From IMG/VR virus record IMGVR_UViG_3300020472_002098, positions 1-32,281 of that record: a stretch of 32,281 nucleotides of DNA, one strand, 5' to 3'. Shown one piece after another: positions 17,787-25,680 of this stretch (position 1 is the first letter of the stretch; each line of letters begins with the position of its first letter). This DNA comes from a virus (Duplodnaviria; Caudoviricetes). The notes under the pieces are model-generated. The model was not told the DNA's origin and did no database searches. It worked only from the letters and a program-made list of their open reading frames with translations. Both the position numbers and the translations under genes were made by a program.

Positions 17787-17944
17787 CCTGTCCTATAGTC
17801 AATTGAATTTATAGTTTCCGTGACTGTAGATTCAGTCTCGGTGTGGCTCGTCATTGAGCCCTGCTGGAAATTGGGGACCACGGGCACTGCTCTTGCAACA
17901 CCCGTACTACCTAATAACACTAATATAGTTATAAGCCTTTTCAT
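17474..17944 (-). CDS. Secreted Thr-rich beta protein
   Basis: Sec signal MKRLITILVLLGSTGVARA; Thr/Ser/Val-rich mature part. Confidence 0.8.
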   Translation of the reverse strand: MKRLITILVLLGSTGVARAVPVVPNFQQGSMTSHTETESTVTETINSIDYRTGWEYSVTGVGVDNNGEALNPNVTTTTVQVSPTVGTDETGATAAAVTSSFDALDFSATNNFTIHEPGAAFQFTQTYSGPGMTNQTIIQRVTSIQSVTDTTSTFTQ

Positions 17945-17955
17945 TGCCTAGTTTC

Positions 17956-18456
17956 CTAGTTAATTGTCAGCTCAGTTACAAACTGTCCAGTAGCTACTGT
18001 ACCTGCTCCACCAGCCGTTACAGTCAAAGCACCTTGCGAAGTTACAGTACCAGCTAAGTTGCCAACAGTTCCTGCTGCAGTAGACAATTGATCACCGTAT
18101 GCCGAAACATCACCGATGTCAGGACCAGTTGTATCAATCGCATCCCCTTGAGTAAATGCCTGAGTGAAGCTAAAAGATTCACCAGGATCATCCTGTGTTG
18201 CAGCAATAGTACCAGGAGCATATACACCTGAAGTTATAGTACCAGCCGATATTGTGCCAGCTGTCGTACCATCAGTTGTGTCCACGTTATTACCTGTGAT
18301 ACTAAATGAAGATCCAATTCTTTGCATTTGTGTTGCAGCAGCATTAACTTGCAGTTGAACACTAGAAGTCATTCTAGATGTTATATCAGCTTTAGCTGCT
18401 GGTGCTACCACAGCACCCGTCATCAATAACATTACAATAGGTAAGAATCGTTTCAT
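17956..18456 (-). CDS. Secreted Thr/Gly/Ala-rich beta protein
   Basis: Sec signal MKRFLPIVMLLMTGAVVAPAAKA from ATG 18456; CTAAATA late-like element ~25 nt upstream. Confidence 0.8.
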   Translation of the reverse strand: MKRFLPIVMLLMTGAVVAPAAKADITSRMTSSVQLQVNAAATQMQRIGSSFSITGNNVDTTDGTTAGTISAGTITSGVYAPGTIAATQDDPGESFSFTQAFTQGDAIDTTGPDIGDVSAYGDQLSTAAGTVGNLAGTVTSQGALTVTAGGAGTVATGQFVTELTIN

Positions 18457-18520
18457 TTGAGTATTTCTTACTGTAGCTTTATTTAGCATTTGCTAATCTG
18501 ATACACAAATACTAATTGTA

Positions 18521-18529
18521 TGCTATAAT
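18521..18529 (+). promoter_or_regulatory. Extended -10 promoter (TGnTATAAT)
   Basis: TGCTATAAT in the divergent intergenic gap upstream of 18555 and talC. Confidence 0.55.
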
Positions 18530-18554
18530 ATATAAAGGAAAATTTGTATAAAAG

Positions 18555-18785
18555 ATGACACAGAATGTTCAACATCAAGTGCATTTAGATTCTGCTATAG
18601 AACAGCAAAAGCAATTGCTTAATGAAATACAGGATTTAAATACTCAACTTAGCACTAAAAAAGAGATAGTATTAAAGGTTCAAGGTGTAATTGAATATCT
18701 TCAACAAGTTACTTCAACACCTGAAGAAACTGTTGTACCTACAGAAGAGGTAGTTCCAGAAACAAAAGCAACAACGAAAAAGTAA
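18555..18785 (+). CDS. Small coiled-coil protein
   Basis: 76 aa, Gln/Glu-rich; abuts talC. Confidence 0.7.
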   Translation: MTQNVQHQVHLDSAIEQQKQLLNEIQDLNTQLSTKKEIVLKVQGVIEYLQQVTSTPEETVVPTEEVVPETKATTKK

Positions 18786-19433
18786 ATGAAAATCTTTTTA
18801 GATACTGCTGATACAGATGCTATTAAAAAGCATTTTGATACAGGTATCATTGATGGTATTACCACTAATCCAACTTTAATTAGAAAAAGTGGTAAAGATC
18901 CTGAAGATGTATATCAGGAATTAATTGATTATGGTATCAATGATATTAGTATGGAAGTCGTGGGTGACTATGGTACTATGTTTGAAGAAGGAACTCGTCT
19001 TTCTCGTAAGTTTGGCAAAGCGTGTACTATTAAAGTTCCTTGTACTCCAGATGGATTAAAAGTTTGTAAAGAACTTTCTAGAGATCTTGTTAATGTTAAT
19101 GTTACTTTGATCTTTTCTGCAGCACAGGCAATCCTTGCTGCTAAGTCTGGTGCAAAGTATGTTTCACCATTCGTAGGAAGAGTTGATGATAATTCTTTCG
19201 TAGGTATGGATTTGATAGAGCAAATCTCTGACATCTATACTATTCAGAATGTTGGTAAGACAGAAATTCTATCTGCATCTATTCGTGATGTGAGAAGTGT
19301 TTCTGATTCATTTGCTTCAGGTGCTCATATCGTAACAATGCCACCATCTGTTTTTGAAAAGATGTATAATCATGTTCTAACAGATAAAGGTTTGTATCTT
19401 TTTGATATGGATTGGGCACAAGTTAAAAGGTAG
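18786..19433 (+). CDS. talC: Transaldolase, TalC/FSA type
   Basis: MKIFLDTAD, GITTNPTL, IKVP (Schiff-base Lys), NVTLIFS, YVSPFVGR, ASIR, HVLTDKGL. Confidence 0.96.
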   Translation: MKIFLDTADTDAIKKHFDTGIIDGITTNPTLIRKSGKDPEDVYQELIDYGINDISMEVVGDYGTMFEEGTRLSRKFGKACTIKVPCTPDGLKVCKELSRDLVNVNVTLIFSAAQAILAAKSGAKYVSPFVGRVDDNSFVGMDLIEQISDIYTIQNVGKTEILSASIRDVRSVSDSFASGAHIVTMPPSVFEKMYNHVLTDKGLYLFDMDWAQVKR

Positions 19434-19465
19434 AGTATACCGAACTATCAACTGTCACAACCCCA

Positions 19466-19500
19466 TTTGACTTTATATTAAACTTCTGTTAATATAAATA
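19466..19500 (+). promoter_or_regulatory. Composite promoter: sigma70-like TTGACT-17-TAATAT, late TATAAATA and candidate Pho box
   Basis: TTGACT 19467-72, TAATAT 19490-95, TATAAATA 19493-500; TTGA/TTAA/TTAA at 19467, 19478, 19489 (11-bp period). Confidence 0.65.
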
Positions 19501-19510
19501 CATATTATAC

Positions 19511-19601
19511 AAAGGACTCGAAAGAATCGTAACCCTGTGTAGATGTAATACAGATCCCTAGTCGAGGGGTCTATCATCCGCAGGATTTTTTTCTTGCGAG
19601 A
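19511..19601 (+). ncRNA. Candidate structured 5' leader RNA
   Basis: Hairpins GACTC-GAAA-GAATC, AGATCCCT-AGTCG-AGGGGTCT and CGCAGGA-T6-TCTTGCG in a GC-enriched untranslated stretch. Confidence 0.55.
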
Positions 19602-19617
19602 TACTTAAAACAAAAAC

Positions 19618-20010
19618 ATGTCTATTAAATCAACAATCGCTGCTGTTGCAGCATCTCCATTCCTTCTCGCTGGTGCAGCTTTTGCTGGTCCATATGTGAA
19701 TGTCGAGAGCAACCTTTCATATCCTGATGGCGACTACAGCTCTGCAGCTACTGACGTTCATATTGGTTACGAAGGTTCTACAACAGACGGTAAGATTGCT
19801 TACTATGTACAAGGTGGTCCTTCACTAAACCATGCTGAGTCAACTGACGATACAGAAACAGAACTTTCTGGTAAGGTTGGTGCTTCTTATGGAATCAACG
19901 AAGACCTTGCTCTTTATGGAGAGCTTTCAGGTGCTTCTAATGGTGAAGACACTGCTGGTGATACAGTAGTTGACTGGGGTGCTAAAATCGGTGCTAAGTT
20001 CACTTTCTGA
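19618..20010 (+). CDS. Small outer-membrane beta-barrel/porin-like cyanophage protein
   Basis: Signal peptide ending AFA-GPYVNVE, amphipathic beta strands, terminal KIGAKFTF; resembles the family often found upstream of phage pstS. Confidence 0.75.
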   Translation: MSIKSTIAAVAASPFLLAGAAFAGPYVNVESNLSYPDGDYSSAATDVHIGYEGSTTDGKIAYYVQGGPSLNHAESTDDTETELSGKVGASYGINEDLALYGELSGASNGEDTAGDTVVDWGAKIGAKFTF

Positions 20011-20044
20011 TCTTTAGATAAATATCTCTAGTTCGAGATGGATC

Positions 20045-20074
20045 AAGACCTCCACATAGTGGGGGTCTTTTTTT
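20045..20074 (+). terminator. Rho-independent terminator
   Basis: AAGACCTCCAC-ATA-GTGGGGGTCTT followed by a T-run. Confidence 0.85.
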
Positions 20075-20075
20075 A

Positions 20076-20084
20076 TGCTATAAT
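20076..20084 (+). promoter_or_regulatory. Extended -10 promoter for pstS
   Basis: TGCTATAAT 31 nt upstream of ATG 20116. Confidence 0.55.
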
Positions 20085-20115
20085 GTATAGATATTAATGC
20101 CCTAACCGTACAGAA

Positions 20116-21081
20116 ATGAAAAAGGTTTTAGCACTAGCAGCACTTGCTGCCCTAACGCTACCTGGTTGTGCAGAAGCACGAACAAGACTCTCAGGAGCAG
20201 GTGCATCATTCCCATCTAAGATATACCAAAGATGGTTTGCCGACTTCGCAAAAGAAGGAGGACACAGAGTAAACTACCAAGCAGTTGGTAGTGGTTCAGG
20301 TAGAAAAGCATTCCTTGATGAAACAGTGGACTTCGGAGCATCCGATGATCCTATGAAGCAAGGTGATATAGCAAAAGCAAAAAGAGGTATGGTTCAGATA
20401 CCTATGACAGGAGGCACGATTGCTTTCGGTTATAATATGCCTGGTTGTGATTTAAAACTTACACAAGAGCAAGCAGTTCAAGTTGCTATTGGTGAGATAA
20501 ACAATTGGAATCAAGTTGGATGTGATGAGCAACCTATGACTTGGGTGTATCGTTCTGATGGTTCAGGAACTACTGCTGCATTCACTAATAGTATGCAAGC
20601 ATTCAGTAAGAAGTGGAAGTTAGGAACAGGTAAGTCAGTTGCTTGGCCTGTGGGCATAGGTAACAAAGGTAATGCTGGTGTTGCTGGTAATATCAGAACT
20701 ACACCAGGTTCTATTGGATATGTAAATCAATCTTATGTTAAAGGTGAAATCAGAGCTGCTCAATTACAGAATAAGAATGGTGACTTTGTTGCACCAACAG
20801 TTGAGTCGGGTGCTTTGGCACTCAATGGTATTACACTCGATGAGAACCTCGCAGGGACAGACCCTAACCCTGCAGCAGAAGGTGCTTACCCCATTGCTAC
20901 GCTTACATGGGTACTTGCTTATGAAACTGGTAATGGTAACAAGACTGAAGCCATAAAGACAACTCTATCAACTTTACTCTCTACAGAGTATCAAGAGAAG
21001 GCATCTGTATTAGGTTATGTTCCTTTGAGAGGTGACATTCTTGAGAAGTCTCGTGCTGCAGTTGAACGCATAGGTAAATGA
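20116..21081 (+). CDS. pstS: Phosphate ABC transporter substrate-binding protein
   Basis: GAGASFP, YQAVGSGSG, VDFGASD, RSDGSGTT, GSIGYV, YPIATLTW; signal peptide with LPGC. Confidence 0.97.
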   Translation: MKKVLALAALAALTLPGCAEARTRLSGAGASFPSKIYQRWFADFAKEGGHRVNYQAVGSGSGRKAFLDETVDFGASDDPMKQGDIAKAKRGMVQIPMTGGTIAFGYNMPGCDLKLTQEQAVQVAIGEINNWNQVGCDEQPMTWVYRSDGSGTTAAFTNSMQAFSKKWKLGTGKSVAWPVGIGNKGNAGVAGNIRTTPGSIGYVNQSYVKGEIRAAQLQNKNGDFVAPTVESGALALNGITLDENLAGTDPNPAAEGAYPIATLTWVLAYETGNGNKTEAIKTTLSTLLSTEYQEKASVLGYVPLRGDILEKSRAAVERIGK

Positions 21082-21101
21082 TATAATTTGATATATAATA
21101 G

Positions 21102-21130
21102 AAAAGAGGGGTAGAGATAACTCCTCTTTT
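21102..21130. terminator. Terminator-like hairpin, possibly bidirectional
   Basis: AAAAGAGGGGT-AGAGATA-ACTCCTCTTTT just after pstS. Confidence 0.6.
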
Positions 21131-21159
21131 AAAAGTTTTATTGAGTTTATAATAAATCA

Positions 21160-21426
21160 ATGGATATGGAAAATATAAGAGTGAGATGTCGCTCTTGCGG
21201 AAAAGAGGTGGTGGGTGCTGCTGGCAAATCAGTCTCGTGTGGATGCCCTAACAGAGCATCAGTTATAGGAGATGTTGTGTCTGCTGTTGATATGGAACAG
21301 GTGATTATGCTTAATTCTTATATGCCAAAAAAGAAGCAAAAAGAAGGGTTAACTGATCAAGATCTTCAATGGCAAGAACAAAGAAGAAAGCGTAAAGTGC
21401 GTAAGTTGGATTTTGAAGTTAGATAA
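21160..21426 (+). CDS. Small putative Zn-binding protein
   Basis: CRSC...CGC; basic C-terminus RRKRKVRKLDFEVR. Confidence 0.75.
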   Translation: MDMENIRVRCRSCGKEVVGAAGKSVSCGCPNRASVIGDVVSAVDMEQVIMLNSYMPKKKQKEGLTDQDLQWQEQRRKRKVRKLDFEVR

Positions 21427-21502
21427 ATATTAATACTTAGATCCACAACTTGCAGCACTCTTCAATAGCAGGGAGGTCTAAGAGAAGCATTTTAAAACTT
21501 AA

Positions 21503-21664
21503 ATGACCGACAAATCTATTGAGTCTGAACTCAAAGACGTCCATAAGAAACTGGACGATATTGAAAAGAAGCAAGAGATGATGCAGAAGTTATATCAGTT
21601 AGATAGAGATAAGCAAGCAAAGATGGGAGAACGCCCATCTACTCATCTGCACGAAATGACTTAG
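21503..21664 (+). CDS. Small coiled-coil protein (53 aa; absent from the ORF track)
   Basis: MTDKSIESELKDVHKKLDDIEKKQEMM...HEMT*. Confidence 0.65.
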   Translation: MTDKSIESELKDVHKKLDDIEKKQEMMQKLYQLDRDKQAKMGERPSTHLHEMT

Positions 21665-21722
21665 AAATATATAATAATAACTTGACATACCTGTTATAAT
21701 ATAAAAGTTCAGTACAGTACAA

Positions 21723-22040
21723 ATGACCGAGGAAACCATTACCAGACTTTGTTATACTAAAGAGCAAGTTGATGTAATGATTCGTGCTGCTGTAGAAGAA
21801 GCGAGAGAAATTGATCGCCTTTCTATGGAGAAGCATAACCGAGAAGCAACTATCATTAGTATGATTCTTGGTTTTACTTGTCTTGCACTATTTCTTGATG
21901 GATTGCTTCGTATATTAGGAGTTATTCCACCATTTATGCACCTTGATGTAAATGTTATTGATCAAATCAAAGATCAGGTAGAGGTTGATTTGATACCAAT
22001 TATTCAAGATGCTGCTAAAAAAATACCGAGGATAAGATGA
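21723..22040 (+). CDS. Hypothetical membrane protein
   Basis: TM ISMILGFTCLALFLDGLLRILGVIPPF; TGTTATAAT at 21692-21700. Confidence 0.75.
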   Translation: MTEETITRLCYTKEQVDVMIRAAVEEAREIDRLSMEKHNREATIISMILGFTCLALFLDGLLRILGVIPPFMHLDVNVIDQIKDQVEVDLIPIIQDAAKKIPRIR

Positions 22041-22243
22041 TTTTAGTTTTTATTATTGTTGCATTATTGTTTTTTATTATGGGATATGGTTTATATCTTA
22101 CAGTAGGACCTGGTAAAACAGAATTAAGAGATCCAATAGATGAACACGCAAAGATGCATGAGTTAGGTATTGCCCACGGTCACGGTGGAAATAAGGAGGC
22201 ATATGAGATGTCTGGTAAACTAAAGCACAATCACGAAGAATGA
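22037..22243 (+). CDS. psbN: PsbN-like protein with His-rich extension
   Basis: TM, then GYGLYLTVGPGKTELRDPIDEH, matching the PsbN GY.IY..FGP.S..LRDPFEEH pattern. Confidence 0.75.
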   Translation: MILVFIIVALLFFIMGYGLYLTVGPGKTELRDPIDEHAKMHELGIAHGHGGNKEAYEMSGKLKHNHEE

Positions 22244-22374
22244 TTTTAGAAACATTCCTGATACTAGCAGCACTTCCATTTGTCGGACTAACACTATTCT
22301 TTGGAAGTAAGAATGGATATTATGATAGTGATGATTACACAGGTGATGGTTGTGCTCACGATGTAAAGAGATGA
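22240..22374 (+). CDS. ndhP: NdhP-like small subunit of NDH-1L (44 aa; absent from the ORF track)
   Basis: MILETFLILAALPFVGLTLFFGSKNGYYDSDDYTGDGCAHDVKR; matches the NdhP pattern P...L.LFFG..NG(F/Y)YD.D.Y.G.G.AH; ATGA couplings on both sides. Confidence 0.8.
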   Translation: MILETFLILAALPFVGLTLFFGSKNGYYDSDDYTGDGCAHDVKR

Positions 22375-22466
22375 TTGATACATCACCAAGTTCAATAAGA
22401 GTATTTTTTATTATTGTTTTATCAATTACTTGGTTGATTATTTTTAACACTCCAACTAACGAATAG
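22371..22466 (+). CDS. Small single-TM peptide (31 aa; absent from the ORF track)
   Basis: MIDTSPSSIRVFFIIVLSITWLIIFNTPTNE*; ATGA overlap. Confidence 0.6.
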   Translation: MIDTSPSSIRVFFIIVLSITWLIIFNTPTNE

Positions 22467-22467
22467 C

Positions 22468-22496
22468 TTGACTAGATAGTTTACATCCATTATAAT
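22468..22496 (+). promoter_or_regulatory. Sigma70-like (early-type) promoter
   Basis: TTGACT-17 nt-TATAAT. Confidence 0.8.
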
Positions 22497-22519
22497 AGTA
22501 AGGTAAACTACTAAGAGCA

Positions 22520-22732
22520 ATGACGCTTACTTCCAAATTTAAGAAAGATCTGCGGACACTTCGTGCTGCTGCTGATAAAGAAATTTTTCTTGATGTAAAG
22601 AACCCTAAGTTATATAAAAAAGTTTGTCGATATTATCAAAATGAAGTTGTATTGGATGGAGAAGATCCAGAAAGAGATTATAATCTTATAATAGAGTGTG
22701 TAAGGCAAGATCTTGAAGGAGTAGAGGTATAA
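22520..22732 (+). CDS. Hypothetical protein
   Basis: 70 aa directly downstream of the promoter. Confidence 0.75.
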   Translation: MTLTSKFKKDLRTLRAAADKEIFLDVKNPKLYKKVCRYYQNEVVLDGEDPERDYNLIIECVRQDLEGVEV

Positions 22733-22733
22733 A

Positions 22734-22973
22734 ATGATTGTTCTCCTTGAAAGATTCCCTTATCGTTATGTTGAGAACGGCACTCTAGAAAACGGTAAAC
22801 CTGATTTCCGTATTCAGAAGATGGATAGTTATTCTCCTAGATGGAAGGATATGTATCTGTGTGATAACGGAATGCAGTTGTCTCAAGCTATGGAAGATTT
22901 TGAGTATACCAAATGGCTTGATCCTGCTGGTGTTCCTTGCTATACTAAAGATGAAGCTAGGAGTTACTCATGA
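22734..22973 (+). CDS. Hypothetical protein
   Basis: 79 aa; GAGGT RBS. Confidence 0.75.
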   Translation: MIVLLERFPYRYVENGTLENGKPDFRIQKMDSYSPRWKDMYLCDNGMQLSQAMEDFEYTKWLDPAGVPCYTKDEARSYS

Positions 22974-23119
22974 GTGAAGAGTTCACTAGGATTGCATCTG
23001 CATTGGAAAGAATTGCCAATGCACTAGAGCACCTACATATTGAGAAGATCGATCACGCACATATCGATGATATTGGTGAGATCCACGGTGATGTGGTAAC
23101 TCATCCTAAACAATTTTAA
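22970..23119 (+). CDS. Small His/Asp-rich protein (49 aa; absent from the ORF track)
   Basis: MSEEFTRIASALERIANALEHLHIEKIDHAHIDDIGEIHGDVVTHPKQF*; AGGAG RBS, ATGA overlap. Confidence 0.75.
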   Translation: MSEEFTRIASALERIANALEHLHIEKIDHAHIDDIGEIHGDVVTHPKQF

Positions 23120-23122
23120 ATA

Positions 23123-24124
23123 ATGAAAAAAGCATTAATAACAGGCATAACTGGGCAGGATGGATCTTATCTTGCCGAGTTTCTTTTGTCTAAGGGGTAT
23201 GAAGTTCATGGTATTATACGGAGAAGTTCTCTTATTAATACTCATAGAATTGATCATATCTATGAGAGAATACATCTTCATTATGGTGATCTAACTGACC
23301 CTGTGAATATTATGGGTGTCATTAGACAGGTTGAACCTGCTGAGATTTATAATCTTGGTGCTCAAAGTCACGTTAAAGTTTCTTTTGAGATGCCAGAGTA
23401 TACTGCTAATGTTGATGCTTTAGGAACTCTTAGAATACTTGAAGCAGTTCGTATGTTGGGTATGGAGAAAGATGTTCGCATCTATCAGGCATCTACCAGC
23501 GAATTGTATGGTGGTGTTCTTGGTACTCCATTAACAGAAGAAACACCATTTCATCCACGTTCTCCTTATGGTGTAGCAAAGATGTATGGTTATTGGATTA
23601 TTAAGAATTATCGTGAGGCATATGGTTTCCACGCTAGTTCTGGTATTCTATTCAATCACGAGTCTCCACGCAGAGGTGAGACATTTGTAACTCGTAAGAT
23701 TACACAAGGTTTATCTAGGATTTCTGTAGGATTACAGAAGGTTCTTTATCTTGGCAACCTTAATGCTAAGAGAGATTGGGGTCACGCAAAGGATTATGTT
23801 GAAGCAATGTGGTTAATGTTGCAACAGGATGAACCAGATGATTATGTGATTGCTACAGGTGAACAGTATTCTGTTAGAGACTTTGTAAATGAAGCCGCAC
23901 CGTATTTTGGTTTTAAACTAGAATGGATGGGTGAAGGTGAAGATGAGGTTGCACTTGATTGGAATACTAAAAAAACAGTTATTGCAATCAATCCTAGATA
24001 CTTTAGACCTGCAGAAGTTGAATCGTTATTGGGTGATGCTACAAAGGCAAAGAGAGTTTTAGGTTGGGAACCTAAGATATCATTTAAAGAATTAATTGAG
24101 GATATGTGCATTTATGGACAGTAA
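23123..24124 (+). CDS. gmd: GDP-mannose 4,6-dehydratase
   Basis: [55 protein letters not shown]. Confidence 0.97.
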   Translation: MKKALITGITGQDGSYLAEFLLSKGYEVHGIIRRSSLINTHRIDHIYERIHLHYGDLTDPVNIMGVIRQVEPAEIYNLGAQSHVKVSFEMPEYTANVDALGTLRILEAVRMLGMEKDVRIYQASTSELYGGVLGTPLTEETPFHPRSPYGVAKMYGYWIIKNYREAYGFHASSGILFNHESPRRGETFVTRKITQGLSRISVGLQKVLYLGNLNAKRDWGHAKDYVEAMWLMLQQDEPDDYVIATGEQYSVRDFVNEAAPYFGFKLEWMGEGEDEVALDWNTKKTVIAINPRYFRPAEVESLLGDATKAKRVLGWEPKISFKELIEDMCIYGQ

Positions 24125-25043
24125 TAGTAAAGTATTCGTTGCAGGGCATAATGGTCTTGTAGGATCAGCAATTATTAGGAATTTAAAAAATAAACATTAT
24201 GAAAATATCTATTGGGTTAGACGAGAGAATTGTGATCTAAGTAATAAGTTGCAGGTTGATGCATACTTTGAACAATCAAAACCAGAATATGTTATTCTTG
24301 CTGCTGCCAAAGTAGGTGGTATAGGTGGTAACTCTACATATCCTGCAGATTTCATCTATGAGAATTTGATGATTCAGACTAATATTATTGATGCTGCATA
24401 TCGTAATGGTGTAAAGAAACTGTTGTTTTTAGGATCATCTTGCATTTATCCTAAGATGGCAGAGCAACCTATAACTGAAGATGCATTAATGACTGGTCCT
24501 TTGGAACCAACTAATGATGCTTATGCTACTGCTAAGATTGCTGGTATTAAAATGTGTCAAGCATATCGTCAGCAGCACGGATTTAATGCAATATCATTAA
24601 TGCCTACTAACCTATATGGACCTAATGATAATTTTGATATTAATAATGGTCATGTATTACCATCACTCATTGCTAAGTTCCACGGATCACTTGAGAAGAG
24701 TGAGCATTGGGTTGTTAAGTTATGGGGTGATGGATCTCCTAAGAGAGAGTTCCTTCATGTTGATGATCTAGCAGAAGCTTGTGTTAAGTGTATGGAGGTT
24801 TATAATGATCCTGAACCTATTAATGTTGGCACAGGTGAAGATGTAACTATTAAAGAACTTGCTGAAACTATTGTTGATGTGGTAGGATATAAGAATTATT
24901 ATGAATGGGATACCAGTAAACCAAATGGCACTCCACGCAAAGTATTGAATGTGGATAAGATGAAGTCACTTGGTTGGGAACCTAAGATTGGTCTTAGGGA
25001 AGGTATTGAGTCAACATACAAATGGTATAAAGAAAATGGGTAA
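24114..25043 (+). CDS. fcl: GDP-L-fucose synthase (WcaG)
   Basis: [46 protein letters not shown]; start MDSNS at 24114. Confidence 0.96.
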   Translation: MDSNSKVFVAGHNGLVGSAIIRNLKNKHYENIYWVRRENCDLSNKLQVDAYFEQSKPEYVILAAAKVGGIGGNSTYPADFIYENLMIQTNIIDAAYRNGVKKLLFLGSSCIYPKMAEQPITEDALMTGPLEPTNDAYATAKIAGIKMCQAYRQQHGFNAISLMPTNLYGPNDNFDINNGHVLPSLIAKFHGSLEKSEHWVVKLWGDGSPKREFLHVDDLAEACVKCMEVYNDPEPINVGTGEDVTIKELAETIVDVVGYKNYYEWDTSKPNGTPRKVLNVDKMKSLGWEPKIGLREGIESTYKWYKENG

Positions 25044-25680
25044 GTATGATAAGGATAACATTCGTGAGTGGTCTCTAAAGAACTTACCTAATAATCCAAC
25101 TGTTATTGAGGCAGGTGTATATGATGGTAGTGATACTGCTTGGTTTGCACAAACATTTCCAGAAGCAGATATCTATGGATTTGAACCATTAGATCAACCA
25201 TTTAATTTGGCATATTCTAAACTCAATGGGTTTTCAAATGTAACTTTGTGCAAGTATGCTTTAGGACCTAAAACTGGCGATGCTATTATGCATGAATGTG
25301 ATTGGCGTTCTGGTTCATCATCACTAAGAAAACCAACAGGTACTTTAACAATTCACCCTACAGTAAAATGGATTGGTGAAACTAAGGTTGATGTTATAAA
25401 TCTTGATGAATTTTGTAGTGATAATAATATCAATAGTGTTGATATTATGTGGTTAGATATGCAGGGTTCAGAAAATGAGGTTATACAAAGTTCACTCAAT
25501 ATAGTATCTAATACAAAATATATTTACTCTGAAGTTTCTTTAATGGAAATGTATGAGGGCGTTCCACTTATTGATGAGTATAAAAGTAATATGAATCAAT
25601 TGGGATTTGAAGTTGTTTGGGAAGATCTTCCTTGGCAAGATATGGGTGACGTATTGTTCAGAAATACTAATTTAACATAA
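25036..25680 (+). CDS. FkbM-family methyltransferase
   Basis: IEAGVYDG, GFEP, WLDMQGSE, EVS..EMYEG. Confidence 0.85.
   Translation: MGKYDKDNIREWSLKNLPNNPTVIEAGVYDGSDTAWFAQTFPEADIYGFEPLDQPFNLAYSKLNGFSNVTLCKYALGPKTGDAIMHECDWRSGSSSLRKPTGTLTIHPTVKWIGETKVDVINLDEFCSDNNINSVDIMWLDMQGSENEVIQSSLNIVSNTKYIYSEVSLMEMYEGVPLIDEYKSNMNQLGFEVVWEDLPWQDMGDVLFRNTNLT

Noticed and set aside
20085-20115. Pho box directly upstream of pstS
   Set aside because: TTAA and CTAA elements are not at 11-bp spacing
12988-20956. ORFs at 12988, 14401, 15745, 16288, 17036, 17217, 17607, 17617, 18164, 18968, 20735
   Set aside because: Shadow or alternate-frame ORFs within better-supported genes
21427-21502. tRNA in the intergenic gap
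   Set aside because: No T-loop GTTC motif or cloverleaf; kept only as a candidate leader
21682-21700. TTGACA...TATAAT as a canonical -35/-10 pair
   Set aside because: Spacer is only 7 nt; only the extended -10 is plausible
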